Shown here piece by piece: positions 17,416 to 27,583 of a stretch of 64,000 nt of DNA (its first letter is position 1; each line of letters begins with the position of its first letter). The notes under the pieces are model-generated. The model saw only the letters and a program-made list of their open reading frames with translations, did no database searches and was not told the origin of the DNA. The stretch spans positions 64,001 to 128,000 of the IMG/VR virus record IMGVR_UViG_3300037010_003037; one strand, written 5' to 3'. Source of the stretch: a virus. The position numbers and the translations under genes were made by a program.

Positions 17416-20400
17416 ATGACAACTAAATTTACAAACTACGTCGCTGCATGGGTTGATTACTCTAGAAACCGTGATGGGGAAATTATGGTGCTAGAGCGAG
17501 ACCAAGATGGTAAAGTTTTAAAGGTTCGTCACAATTCCCCATTTTACTTTTTTGTTGAAGATCCAGAAGGTGAACGTGAGTCAATCTTTGGGCATAAAGT
17601 TACGCGGGCAGAATTTAAAACTAAACACGAATATGACGAGGCACTTAAGTTTTTCCGCAATCCACGTAATTTTGAAGAGGAAGGTCGTTGCCCTTACCTA
17701 TTTGAAACAGATATTCAGCCACTTAAGCGCGTGCTGATGGATATGTATTACAACAGACCATCACCGCCTGTCAATTTTGTGTTTATTGATATTGAAGCTG
17801 ACTACACACGTAAGATCGGATTTCCATCTCCATCAAATCCGTATGCTGTAATAAATGCTGTAACAGTGTATCAATCATGGACACAAAAATTCTTCACTCT
17901 AGCAATACCACCTAAGGAATTTACTGGAACAATCGATGATCTGTACGCAGAAATCAATGAGCTTATTAAGCAAAAACAACTACGTGAGGGTATTATTCCT
18001 GAGATCATCTTGTGTGATGATGAGCGTGAGCTTGTTAACATTATGCTTCAGCTTATTCAAGAATCTGACATCATCTCTGGCTGGAACTCAGAATTCTTTG
18101 ATATGCCATACATCTACGAGCGGTTAATGCGGCTTGGTGGTGAATCACTTGTTGCAAAACTAGAACACGTGGGATGTCGCCCACCACGTAAGGTGATGGT
18201 GAACAAGTTTGGGTCTGAGGAACCAGTTATCAAGTTCTCTGGGCGTTCTCACCTTGACTACATGCGATTGTTTCAAAAGTTTACTTTTGAAGGCCGTGTA
18301 TCATATTCTCTTGGAAACATTCTTCAAGAAGAAGTTGGTGTTGGTAAAATCGAGTTCGAAGGTTCTCTTGAAGACTTATACCACAACAACTTTCCTAAGT
18401 TCGTGGCCTACAACTTCCGTGACGTTGATGGAATCGTACAGTTAGACGCTAAGTTTAAATTCATCGCTCTCGCGAATCAAATGGCGCATGAAAATACTGT
18501 GAGTTTTGATGCGGTTTTAGGAACTGTTTCTTATGTTGAAACAGGCATCACCAATCACGCTCACTATGTTCTAAACAAAGTTGTGCATGACAAGAACATT
18601 AAAGAACACGATAAGGTTGAAGGCGCTATCGTTTTGAATCCTAAGATTGGTCTACATGAATGGGTTGGTTCTGTTGACATCAACTCACTATATCCAAACA
18701 CAATTCGTTCATTGAACATTTCACCTGAAAAAATTATTGGGCAGTTTACACAAAAAGAAGAAGCGTGGCTAGCAATTAAGAACAACACAGACGACCGCCT
18801 TTGTTTTCAGTACGAATCTGGTAAGCAAGAAATTCTAACAGCAAAAGAGTGGAAAACTATTCTTGTTGATCGTCACTGGGCTGTATCAGCGTATGGCACA
18901 GTATTTGATCAATCTAATGGGCGGGGTGTTGTTGCTGACATCCTTGGTTTCTGGTATGCAGAACGAAAGCGTCTTCAGGCTGAAAAGAAAAAGTACACAG
19001 CGCTTGCCAAGGAAGAAAAAGATCCAGTCAAGAAAGCTGAATATAAGAAGCTTGAAGAACACTATGATCTTTTGCAGCTAACCAAGAAAATTTCGATGAA
19101 CAGCCTGTACGGCGCGCTCTTGAATCCTTCTATGCGATTCTCAGATGAACGCATGGGTGCATCTGTCACTGCAACAGGTCGACAGATTACTACACATATG
19201 ATGGAAACGATTGCGTTCTTGTTAACTGGTGAACGTTCTCCTCTTAAAAAGCATACTGAGTTCGATGAGGAAGAAGGCAAGTACATTAACATTTACACGT
19301 GTGATTCACCTGCTATCATCTACGGTGATACTGATTCCGTTGACAAAGATAGCGTAATTGATACGTCACTTGGTAAGAAAAGCATTGAATCTTTGTTCGA
19401 CACATTTGATATTAAAAGGAAAAATTACGAAAATAAGGAATTTGCTTTTAGCAGCGTAAAAGTAACCACACCATGTTACGTCAATAAAAGAATTGTGCAG
19501 CGCCCTATTTTGGCAATTTACCGTCACAAGGTATCAAAGAAGAAATACAAGATTACGCTAGAAAATGAAAAAAGCGTAATAGTAACAGAAGATCATTCTG
19601 TGATGGTCATTCGTGATGGGGTTTTGACTGAGATTAAACCTAAAGATATAAACACAAACACAGATCTGTGCATCTCTGTAGATGACATGAATGTGACTAA
19701 TAACGGTGATGTTGCGAATTATGAGCTAGTAAAAATACGCGCAATTGAAGAATTAGAAGCTTTTGATAATGAATACGTGTATGACGTAATCATGGCTGAT
19801 GATAGCACGCCATGGTTTTTTGCAAATGGCGTGCTCGTTCATAATTCTTGTTATTACAAATGCATTGGGGCTACTGACAAAGCGTCAGCTATTGAAATTG
19901 CTGACTTAACAGCTGAAGGGGTGAACGATTCATTCCCCGCTTTCATGCGAGAAGCATTTAATTGTCAACCAGAATTTGACACACTTATTAAAGCAGGTCG
20001 TGAAATTGTTGGATCACGAGGGTTATTTCAAGCTAAGAAAAAGTACATTATCAAGGTTATTGACGCTGAAGGTTTACCCGTTGACAAGCTAAAGTCGATG
20101 GGATCTGAAATAAAGAAGGCCGACACTCCTAAGATCATTCAGGATTTTCTGAAGACAACAGTTGACATGATCCTGGATGGTAAATCATATGATGAACTAG
20201 CAGAGTATGTGAATGGTCAGAGACGTGAAATTCTGAAAAAGAAGGTAAACGTATTTTCTTTGGGTGTTGCAAAGCAAGTAAATAATCTTGAAAAGTACAT
20301 GGCTGAGTATCGCGCACCTGGTACTTTTAGATCAAAAAATGGTGGCAAGCTAACTATTCCAGGACATGCTCGTGCTGCTTGCAACTACAATGCTTTACTT

Positions 20401-20673
20401 GAAGAATTTGACAAAGGTGCAAAACCTATCAAAAGCGGTGACAAAGTTCTAGTTTATTACCTAAAAAAGAACGATAGAGATTTTAAGTCGATTGCTTTTC
20501 CTGCAGAATTTACGCGCTTTCCAGATTGGTTTACCGAAAACTTTCAAGTTGACATTAAGAAAACCGAGGAACGCATGTTTGACAGCAAGCTTAGCGGTAT
20601 GTTTGCCGCAGCGTTTAATAAAGAAGTTCCAACACCACAATCTGTCTTAACTAATAGTTTGTTGGAATTTTAA
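17416..20673 (+). CDS. polB: Family B DNA polymerase (T4 gp43-like) containing an intein
   Basis: ExoI DIEAD, GWNSEFFD, YNFRDV, SVDINSLYP, KKISMNSLYG, YGDTD/S, KKKY. Confidence 0.97.
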   Translation: MTTKFTNYVAAWVDYSRNRDGEIMVLERDQDGKVLKVRHNSPFYFFVEDPEGERESIFGHKVTRAEFKTKHEYDEALKFFRNPRNFEEEGRCPYLFETDIQPLKRVLMDMYYNRPSPPVNFVFIDIEADYTRKIGFPSPSNPYAVINAVTVYQSWTQKFFTLAIPPKEFTGTIDDLYAEINELIKQKQLREGIIPEIILCDDERELVNIMLQLIQESDIISGWNSEFFDMPYIYERLMRLGGESLVAKLEHVGCRPPRKVMVNKFGSEEPVIKFSGRSHLDYMRLFQKFTFEGRVSYSLGNILQEEVGVGKIEFEGSLEDLYHNNFPKFVAYNFRDVDGIVQLDAKFKFIALANQMAHENTVSFDAVLGTVSYVETGITNHAHYVLNKVVHDKNIKEHDKVEGAIVLNPKIGLHEWVGSVDINSLYPNTIRSLNISPEKIIGQFTQKEEAWLAIKNNTDDRLCFQYESGKQEILTAKEWKTILVDRHWAVSAYGTVFDQSNGRGVVADILGFWYAERKRLQAEKKKYTALAKEEKDPVKKAEYKKLEEHYDLLQLTKKISMNSLYGALLNPSMRFSDERMGASVTATGRQITTHMMETIAFLLTGERSPLKKHTEFDEEEGKYINIYTCDSPAIIYGDTDSVDKDSVIDTSLGKKSIESLFDTFDIKRKNYENKEFAFSSVKVTTPCYVNKRIVQRPILAIYRHKVSKKKYKITLENEKSVIVTEDHSVMVIRDGVLTEIKPKDINTNTDLCISVDDMNVTNNGDVANYELVKIRAIEELEAFDNEYVYDVIMADDSTPWFFANGVLVHNSCYYKCIGATDKASAIEIADLTAEGVNDSFPAFMREAFNCQPEFDTLIKAGREIVGSRGLFQAKKKYIIKVIDAEGLPVDKLKSMGSEIKKADTPKIIQDFLKTTVDMILDGKSYDELAEYVNGQRREILKKKVNVFSLGVAKQVNNLEKYMAEYRAPGTFRSKNGGKLTIPGHARAACNYNALLEEFDKGAKPIKSGDKVLVYYLKKNDRDFKSIAFPAEFTRFPDWFTENFQVDIKKTEERMFDSKLSGMFAAAFNKEVPTPQSVLTNSLLEF
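19336..19845 (+). mobile_element. 170-aa mini-intein in PolB motif C, no homing endonuclease
   Basis: Inserted in YGDTD|S. Begins SVDKDS, block B VTEDHS, block F YVYDV, ends FFANGVLVHN followed by Ser; removal restores YGDTDSCY. Confidence 0.95.
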
Positions 20674-20741
20674 CAATTAAAACATAAAAATGTATAAAAC
20701 TGTAATACTACATAGTATAATATACTATTAGATGAAGGAAG

Positions 20742-20984
20742 ATGAAAATGATTCTACACGCTGAAGAACCAAATGATCCCGTGGTTGGGGATGCTTACAT
20801 TGGCAAAATGACCCGCACAGTAAATGTGTTTGATGGAAATGCATGGTAAACATTCAATGAATATGAGCTTTTAGAAATGGAAATGATTCATCTACTTATG
20901 ACAACAGGTAGGACACGACAACAAGCTGAGCGTGCAATTCACATGCTACAACATGGGCACATTCACAATGGAGACAAAGAATGA
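20742..20984 (+). pseudogene. 80-codon gene interrupted by one in-frame TAA (20847-20849)
   Basis: MKMILHAEEPNDPVVGDAYIGKMTRTVNVFDGNAW*TFNEYELLEMEMIHLLMTTGRTRQQAERAIHMLQHGHIHNGDKE*; AAGGA RBS; final TGA overlaps the next ATG. Confidence 0.6.
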
Positions 20985-21721
20985 AATTATCGACAGAGAA
21001 TACTGCTAAACTTACGTCTCTGCTCAATACAGCAAGTATTTGCGGTATTGAGAGCATCATTATAATTGATGATAAGGCCCGTGGTATCAACCCAGCAAAA
21101 ACATGTTTTTTAGTATCAAGTGATAATCTTCCAAAATTTCCTCAGAAGATCGGTCTTGGTCGCTTAAAGGATCTTCAATCACGCATCAATGTTTTTGCAG
21201 ATAAATCTGATGTCGTTATTGATGCAAAAGAATCAGAGCGCGGCGAGATTACATCACTTGAAATTTCTTCTGGGCGTAATAAGGTTCAATATCGTTGTCA
21301 ATCCACTATGATGCTGGCAGATAGCATTCCTAAGAATGTTCCTGACGCATTCAACCCTGCGTATAAGCTGTTCATCAATAAAGACGAGATGAAAATGATT
21401 CTTGATGCAGTACGTGTTATGAACAGCAAGCGAATTACTGTTGCTATCAAAAATGATCGCACGGTAAGTTTTACAGTTAGTGATGCATCTAATGACAATT
21501 TTACAGTAATTCTTTCTACCCCTGCAGAGCGAATTACTGAAGATGAAGATACCGTTGTAAATTACTATGTAACAGAGGTGTTCTCGCCAGTTGTTAAAGA
21601 GCTTATGTCTCTTGACACCGCGGTGGTTCATGTCGGTGAACGTGGAACTATGACGGCAAAGATCAATCAACATAATGTCGTGCTACTCCCGCAAGTGGGT
21701 GACGACGGAGAGGAAGAATAA
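20981..21721 (+). CDS. Probable sliding clamp (gp45-like)
   Basis: 246 aa; N-terminus MKLSTENTAKL resembles gp45; alternating alpha/beta pattern; next to PolB. Confidence 0.55.
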   Translation: MKLSTENTAKLTSLLNTASICGIESIIIIDDKARGINPAKTCFLVSSDNLPKFPQKIGLGRLKDLQSRINVFADKSDVVIDAKESERGEITSLEISSGRNKVQYRCQSTMMLADSIPKNVPDAFNPAYKLFINKDEMKMILDAVRVMNSKRITVAIKNDRTVSFTVSDASNDNFTVILSTPAERITEDEDTVVNYYVTEVFSPVVKELMSLDTAVVHVGERGTMTAKINQHNVVLLPQVGDDGEEE

Positions 21722-22080
21722 TGGCAGCAGAAAATATGACCATCACTGAAGCTCTAACAATGATTAAAGCACAAGGTGATAAGCTTAAAGAGTGTTATGA
21801 GCAACTAGCAAAATGGAAATTGGAGTTTTCTTTTGAAACCGATCCAACAACGCTCGAGGTAAAAATTAAAGCACTTAAGCCATTTGGTGGGGGTGGTGTT
21901 ATTCGCACTCTCACAAAAGAGGATATCCTCCATTACGCAAATGATATGGACACGCTCATTCGTGAAGTCGCGGAGCAGTTTTATGAGGTTCTCTTGAAAA
22001 AACAAATTTTTGAAGAACTCGCGCCAGGCGCTAGAAGGGTACTTGAGAACACGGCAAGCATTGCAAAAAGAACGGTATGA
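21721..22080 (+). CDS. Hypothetical protein
   Basis: 119-aa coupled ORF. Confidence 0.75.
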   Translation: MAAENMTITEALTMIKAQGDKLKECYEQLAKWKLEFSFETDPTTLEVKIKALKPFGGGGVIRTLTKEDILHYANDMDTLIREVAEQFYEVLLKKQIFEELAPGARRVLENTASIAKRTV

Positions 22081-22379
22081 AAAAGAGCACTCTAATTAAC
22101 ATGAAGGAGCTGCTTGAAAGCCGCTCAAAAAAACCTTGGGCATGCTTTGAGACTGAAGGAATTACTGAAAATGGTCTTGGCGTAGCAATGCATTGGAATG
22201 AAGCCTTCGTTAAACACCTTCACACACTAGGAATTCAAGGCGCTAATGATCATGAGACCCTTCAACTGTTTTTTATGTATATGTCTAGCCGAATCGCAGA
22301 TGGTTTAATTGGTGAGGACACTATTAATCCTGAGGCAATGCCTAATCTAACTAGTGAAGCTAATAAGTTTGTTAGTTAA
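22077..22379 (+). CDS. Hypothetical protein
   Basis: 100-aa coupled ORF. Confidence 0.75.
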   Translation: MKKSTLINMKELLESRSKKPWACFETEGITENGLGVAMHWNEAFVKHLHTLGIQGANDHETLQLFFMYMSSRIADGLIGEDTINPEAMPNLTSEANKFVS

Positions 22380-22513
22380 GTTTATTAGTTGTTCATAATA
22401 GGATATAATTTAAATTATATTGAAAATTCTTTTGATTCAGCAGTGTTTTTAAAGTATGGTGAGACTGACACGCTGATATAAAAGCTAAGTGATAACTTAT
22501 AAGGAAAAACCTA

Positions 22514-23509
22514 ATGCGTCGAATGATCGTTGACACGGCTAACCTGCTATTTCGAGTGGCAGCTGCGCACGGAAAATACAATACATCTGGAACACCGGAA
22601 GAAAAAGCAGGGTTGGCCATGCACATGGCGCTTAATACTCTAAACAAGTACTATAAAAAATACCAGCCAGACCAGCTTGCTTTAACTTTTGAGGGTCGGA
22701 ATAACTGGCGTAAAAAGTATACTCAATCACCCCAATGCTTGTCTGGTAAGGTATATAAGTCAAACCGCGTCAAAGACCCGTCTATGATTCCATTCTTTGA
22801 GCTGATTGCATCGTTCGAAGAGTTGGTACGTAAGCACACATCTATAGTATGCCTTTCACACCAAGAGTTGGAAGGTGATGACTTGTTTGCGGGATATGTT
22901 CAGCGTTTTGATGCGGTAGGTGATGAAGTAATTGGTATTTCTGGCGATAAGGACTTTGTGCAACTCCTGCGTCATAAAAATTTCATCTTGATTGACCCTG
23001 ACAAAGGTAAACCCCGAAAGGTTGAAGATGTTTGTGGCATTGATGATGCTGATTTTTTTATGTTTGAAAAAGCCTTTCGCGGTGATAAAGGTGATAACGT
23101 TTTCCCAGCATACCCGCGTGTTCTGAAAAAGCGATTGTTGAAAGCATACACAGATGAGTACGAACGTGTGAAGATCATGAATGAAACGTGGCAGTTTAAA
23201 GATCCTGATACCGGTGAAGAAAAGACTTTTCGCGTTGGTGATTTGTTTGAAGAGAACATGTTGCTTATGAATCTTGAAGCGCAGCCTGATTATATCAAGG
23301 CTATCATTAACGAAACTTTAGATTATGAGCTTGAGCATCATGGTAAGTTCTCATTCTTTCATTTTCAACGATTCTGTGGTCAGTTTGGACTAAAGCAAAT
23401 TTCAGAAAATTCAACTAATTTCGTGAATATGTTTAGCGTTACGGGACAACGGTCGCCGAATCGTGAAGGTGGACGTAAGAAAAATTCTGCTACATTGCTG
23501 GAGTACTAA
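22514..23509 (+). CDS. rnh: RNase H / 5'-3' flap exonuclease (T4 rnh-like)
   Basis: IVDTANLLFR, YKSNR, EGDD, ISGDKDFVQL, GDKGDNV. Confidence 0.9.
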   Translation: MRRMIVDTANLLFRVAAAHGKYNTSGTPEEKAGLAMHMALNTLNKYYKKYQPDQLALTFEGRNNWRKKYTQSPQCLSGKVYKSNRVKDPSMIPFFELIASFEELVRKHTSIVCLSHQELEGDDLFAGYVQRFDAVGDEVIGISGDKDFVQLLRHKNFILIDPDKGKPRKVEDVCGIDDADFFMFEKAFRGDKGDNVFPAYPRVLKKRLLKAYTDEYERVKIMNETWQFKDPDTGEEKTFRVGDLFEENMLLMNLEAQPDYIKAIINETLDYELEHHGKFSFFHFQRFCGQFGLKQISENSTNFVNMFSVTGQRSPNREGGRKKNSATLLEY

Positions 23510-23574
23510 GTAGATTTTTGTGATTCCTTATGATGTGATATAAAACGTAATGTGATAGGTTTACTGCTATCTTC

Positions 23575-23582
23575 TATAAATA
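23575..23582 (+). promoter_or_regulatory. T4 late promoter TATAAATA
   Basis: Exact consensus, followed by a hairpin-containing 88-nt leader. Confidence 0.7.
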
Positions 23583-23670
23583 CTTAGCGTCATTTAGACG
23601 TAAGTGTTTTATTTTCGGGGTTTTTAAAACGTAAGCACGTTATCCCTACAGATTAAAAAGGAGATCCACC

Positions 23671-24105
23671 ATGGCAGTAAAAGATACTATTGAACTACAG
23701 CCTACCAGCCTTCCACATATTTTTCTTTGCGACGTTGATGATTCAGGTTTGCTTAAGGAAATTGCGCTTGTAAAGCGCTTTAGCGACGGTTCCATTTACT
23801 ATATTGAAATCGACTCACTTCATGCAATTGATAAGAGCCGTATTAAGAAAATTGTTACATCTCAACATGCGGATAAGTATGAGTTGTGGGAACTGATGTC
23901 ACAAAGTAAGCTATCTAATGGAATGAATGCCCTAGATTTTTTCCACAGCAACAATGTAAAAGTTAAGCGTCCAAAGGGAGCTCGTGCTTCTTCTGGTAGT
24001 CTAGAAACAGTACCTGCATATGGTACTGATAAGATGATTGGTTCTGATTTCGTAAACCCAGCTGAAGCAACCTTAGATCCCGCTACTAAGAATTTTAGTT
24101 CATAA
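23671..24105 (+). CDS. Hypothetical late protein (monocistronic)
   Basis: AAGGAG RBS, own late promoter and terminator. Confidence 0.8.
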   Translation: MAVKDTIELQPTSLPHIFLCDVDDSGLLKEIALVKRFSDGSIYYIEIDSLHAIDKSRIKKIVTSQHADKYELWELMSQSKLSNGMNALDFFHSNNVKVKRPKGARASSGSLETVPAYGTDKMIGSDFVNPAEATLDPATKNFSS

Positions 24106-24119
24106 GCTGTTTTTCTTGT

Positions 24120-24155
24120 AGAAACTGGGACCTGTTCAGGTCCCAGTTTCTTTTT
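24120..24155 (+). terminator. Rho-independent terminator
   Basis: AGAAACTGGGACCTG-TT-CAGGTCCCAGTTTCT followed by TTTT. Confidence 0.9.
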
Positions 24156-24177
24156 AGATATTCATAGTTTATAATAA

Positions 24178-24185
24178 CATAAATA
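24178..24185 (+). promoter_or_regulatory. Late promoter CATAAATA
   Basis: Directly after the terminator, upstream of the transglycosylase gene. Confidence 0.55.
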
Positions 24186-24268
24186 CAGTTCATTCTGTTT
24201 TTATAAAAGCTCTGCTCTCTATTCAGAAAGTAGACCTACCAACCCTTAAACAAGGAAGGAGATCACTC

Positions 24269-24934
24269 ATGAAACTGAGCAACTATATGCTCTCTTTGGT
24301 CGCTGTCGTTGTAACTTCAGCAGCTGTATTTGCAACAACACATATTATTAGTACTAACCCGACAACAGTTATTAGCATACCCAAAGAAGAAAGAGACGGA
24401 ACTTTTGCAGGTGATAACATTACATTAAAACTTCCAGAAAATTTATCTGACCGGCAAGCAAAACTTCTTTCCATGGCATATCAAATAGCTAAGGAAGATG
24501 GGCATCGATACCCGCAAATTTTGCAGGGAATTATTCTTCAAGAAACTCATGCTGGTGAACTTCGTCATTACAAGGTAGCTGGGCAAGAATTTGGCCTTAA
24601 AACCAATGAACGATACTATGGCGTTGGGCAAATTAAACTTTCAGTTGCAAAGGATGTTCTTAAGCGTTATCCGCAGCTGAAAGATAAATTTAATTTCAAT
24701 ACGGAGATGGATGAAGAAATTATCGCGAAGCTGATTGAAGATGATAGATTTAATCTTACAGTAGCGAGTAAGTATCTATTGATTTTGCGTGATCATGGAT
24801 ATGATACAATAAAACAATTAGCTCTGGCATATAATCAAGGACCTGCTGGTGCTAAACGATTTGATTCAGATACACATCACTATTCGAATGGGGTTATGAA
24901 GTATATTCAAAAGCTTAATGTTGTCAGTAAGTGA
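24269..24934 (+). CDS. Lytic transglycosylase / lysozyme-like protein with N-terminal signal or anchor
   Basis: ILQET (catalytic Glu), YGVGQIK, LAYNQG; hydrophobic N-terminus. Confidence 0.8.
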   Translation: MKLSNYMLSLVAVVVTSAAVFATTHIISTNPTTVISIPKEERDGTFAGDNITLKLPENLSDRQAKLLSMAYQIAKEDGHRYPQILQGIILQETHAGELRHYKVAGQEFGLKTNERYYGVGQIKLSVAKDVLKRYPQLKDKFNFNTEMDEEIIAKLIEDDRFNLTVASKYLLILRDHGYDTIKQLALAYNQGPAGAKRFDSDTHHYSNGVMKYIQKLNVVSK

Positions 24935-24976
24935 GTAAAGAATAGTTTATCATCTATCATCGTTAGAGCGTGTTTC

Positions 24977-25957
24977 ATGTTAAAGTCAGTAACACTTGAG
25001 AGTTTGATTAAGGAACGTCTACATCTTAGACGTTCCCGTACTGGTTGGGATGTTGGAAAGTGTCAGGTTTGCAATGATTATAAGGATCGTGCTGGCTTTA
25101 AATTTGAAAATAACTATGTTGTTTATAATTGTTGGAACTGTGGCACTACTTCTCGTTATGAGGAAGGTAGTGGGCATATTTCAAAGAACATGCGACGCAT
25201 CCTAAATGCGTATGGATTTGACGATACTGAGATTAGTGATGTAGTTAACTCAACATTTTTCAAGCCAATACAAAAGGCAGAAGTTATTACTCTAAGCTCT
25301 ATTTCAAAAATAAACACTAATACTCCTACTGTTAAACTTCCACCAAAATCTTATCGTATAGGGTCAGATGAATTTACTGATTATCAAGAAAAGTTAGTAT
25401 CTTACTTAATCAATCGAAAAATTGATTTGATTAAATATCCATTTTATTTTTCAATGGAAACTCGATTTATTAATCGTGTTATAATTCCTTTCTATCGAAA
25501 TGGGCATTTGATTTATTGGCAGGCACGCTCAATAGACGAGTCTGAAAAGAAACGGTATGATAATTCGCCAGTTTCTCGTAATGCTGTTATTTTCAACTTT
25601 GATCAGCTTTACACATATTCTCCTGGACCATTATTTGTTACTGAAGGGGTATTTGATGCGATGATCGTAAATGGTGTCGCGATTCTTGGAAGTAAGCTAA
25701 ATGATGCAAAAATTGAACTGTTTTCTAAGACTAATCGACGATTAGTTTTTGTGATAGATAAAGATAAGAATGGTAAGCAATTAGCTGAAGACGTTCTTTC
25801 AAGAGGATGGGAGATTGCATTTGCACCAGATGGTGCAAGTGACATCAACAATGCTGCTCAGCGCTTTGGAAAAATTTGGACAATTCAGCAGCTCTTTAAG
25901 AGCATTCCCAAAACAACAAGTGAAGCACAATTAGCAATCAACATAAACTGCAAATGA
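24977..25957 (+). CDS. DNA primase (gp61-like)
   Basis: CQVCND...YNCWNCG Zn finger; RVIIPF, WQAR; TOPRIM TEGVFDA and DKDKNG. Confidence 0.92.
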   Translation: MLKSVTLESLIKERLHLRRSRTGWDVGKCQVCNDYKDRAGFKFENNYVVYNCWNCGTTSRYEEGSGHISKNMRRILNAYGFDDTEISDVVNSTFFKPIQKAEVITLSSISKINTNTPTVKLPPKSYRIGSDEFTDYQEKLVSYLINRKIDLIKYPFYFSMETRFINRVIIPFYRNGHLIYWQARSIDESEKKRYDNSPVSRNAVIFNFDQLYTYSPGPLFVTEGVFDAMIVNGVAILGSKLNDAKIELFSKTNRRLVFVIDKDKNGKQLAEDVLSRGWEIAFAPDGASDINNAAQRFGKIWTIQQLFKSIPKTTSEAQLAININCK

Positions 25958-26229
25958 ACAACAAATACGACTATACAAATCTTATTGAACTTTTATTGGT
26001 AGCACCTGAAGATCAACTTGATCCATCAGTACGTTCTTTGATTGAGAAGTGGAACCGACCAATGCCAAAGGCAGTACAAGTTCTTGAGGTGCTTTACAAA
26101 TGTGTTTTCTCTTCACGGTGCTCTGATTTTGTTGTTGGTACACTTGAAACAATCTATGAGCGGGCGCTTGAGAATGAAAATGTAACTCGCGCTGAAATTG
26201 AAAAACTTGTTGCATGGTATGATCTATAA
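25954..26229 (+). CDS. Hypothetical protein
   Basis: 91-aa ORF coupled between primase and helicase. Confidence 0.7.
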   Translation: MNNKYDYTNLIELLLVAPEDQLDPSVRSLIEKWNRPMPKAVQVLEVLYKCVFSSRCSDFVVGTLETIYERALENENVTRAEIEKLVAWYDL

Positions 26230-27569
26230 TGGAACTTGAAAAACAAAAACTGCTAGTTAGCGCTCTCGCTAGTAATCGCGATCTTATGGCGCTGTGTTCT
26301 AGTATTATCAAACCATCATACTTTGATCCATCTCTCAAGAAGTCAGTTCGCTTCTTGAAAGAATACTTTGAGAAATATAAGGATGTACCTCGTGCTCAAG
26401 TAATACGAGCTGAAACAGGTATTATCCTGGATGATGTTGGAGAGATTAACAAAGCTGAAATGAAGTTCGTCTCTGAGGAGATTGAGACATTCTGCCGTAA
26501 TAGGGCCATGACAGAAGCAATTCTTGCTGGTCCAGAACTTATTCAAAAAGGTGACTTTGGCAAAATCCTGAATGTTCTTAAAGATGCCATTTCAGTAGGG
26601 CTAGTTAAAGACCTAGGAATGGATTATTTCTCTAATCCAGAAGAGCGTTTAAAGAACACCCTTGTTACACAAGCTAGAATATCAACTGGTTGGGCTGAAC
26701 TAGATGATCTTACAGGTGGGGGTCTTAGTAGACAGGAACTTATCATGTTTGCTGCTAACTCTGGTGGTGGTAAGTCAATGACAATGCTGAACTTAGGAAA
26801 AAACCTTCTTGCGCAGGGATTGAATGGTGTTTATATCTCTCTTGAAATGTCAGAGTCAGTAGTTTCTAAACGTCTTGACTCAATGATTTCAATGATTGGG
26901 CAGGATAATCTTCTCAAGGAAATGCAAAAGGTAGCTTCTATCATTGAGAAAGCTAGCGGTAAGATGGGTAAGTTCATCATCAAGCGGATGCCTGAAAACA
27001 GAACTAATATCAATACGATTCGTTCGTACTTGCTTCAACTAGAACAAGCAACAGGGTTTCGCCCCGATTTCATCATTATTGATTACATTGACATCATGGG
27101 AACTACCATGAGCATTTCAATGGATAACTTATTCATCAAGGACAAATACGTTACTGAAGAAGTTAGAAGCTTAGGATATGATTTTGATTGTATCATGATA
27201 AGTGCTTCACAGCTTGGGCGTGGAGCAATTGATGCAGAAAAACTAAGTCAGGCACACATTCAAGGTGGAATTTCAAAGATAAATACATCTGATTATACCA
27301 TCGGTATTAAGCAAGATGATTTGATGAGAGCCTCTGGTGAAATCTACTTTGAAGGGTTAAAGACCCGAAATTCAGCTGGAACTGGGGTACGAAAACTTTT
27401 AGGATGGGATCCAATTTCCCTGAACATTATCTCTCTTCAGAAAAAAGAGAATCAATTACAACTTAACCGCAAATCAAAACCGGCAATTTTGAATTCTAGT
27501 AGTACACTTTTTGAACGAGAAGATGCTACAAAGAAAGATGAAGGCATTTTTAGTTTGATGAACACGTAA
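26229..27569 (+). CDS. Replicative DnaB-family helicase (gp41-like)
   Basis: STGW, ANSGGGKS, YISLEMS, IIIDYID, SASQLGR, KTRNS. Confidence 0.95.
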   Translation: MELEKQKLLVSALASNRDLMALCSSIIKPSYFDPSLKKSVRFLKEYFEKYKDVPRAQVIRAETGIILDDVGEINKAEMKFVSEEIETFCRNRAMTEAILAGPELIQKGDFGKILNVLKDAISVGLVKDLGMDYFSNPEERLKNTLVTQARISTGWAELDDLTGGGLSRQELIMFAANSGGGKSMTMLNLGKNLLAQGLNGVYISLEMSESVVSKRLDSMISMIGQDNLLKEMQKVASIIEKASGKMGKFIIKRMPENRTNINTIRSYLLQLEQATGFRPDFIIIDYIDIMGTTMSISMDNLFIKDKYVTEEVRSLGYDFDCIMISASQLGRGAIDAEKLSQAHIQGGISKINTSDYTIGIKQDDLMRASGEIYFEGLKTRNSAGTGVRKLLGWDPISLNIISLQKKENQLQLNRKSKPAILNSSSTLFEREDATKKDEGIFSLMNT

Positions 27570-27583
27570 CAAGGAGAAAACAT

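Noticed and set aside
19336-19845. Homing endonuclease or group I intron in polB
   Set aside because: Insertion is in frame, only 170 codons, with intein splice motifs and no LAGLIDADG or HNH motif.
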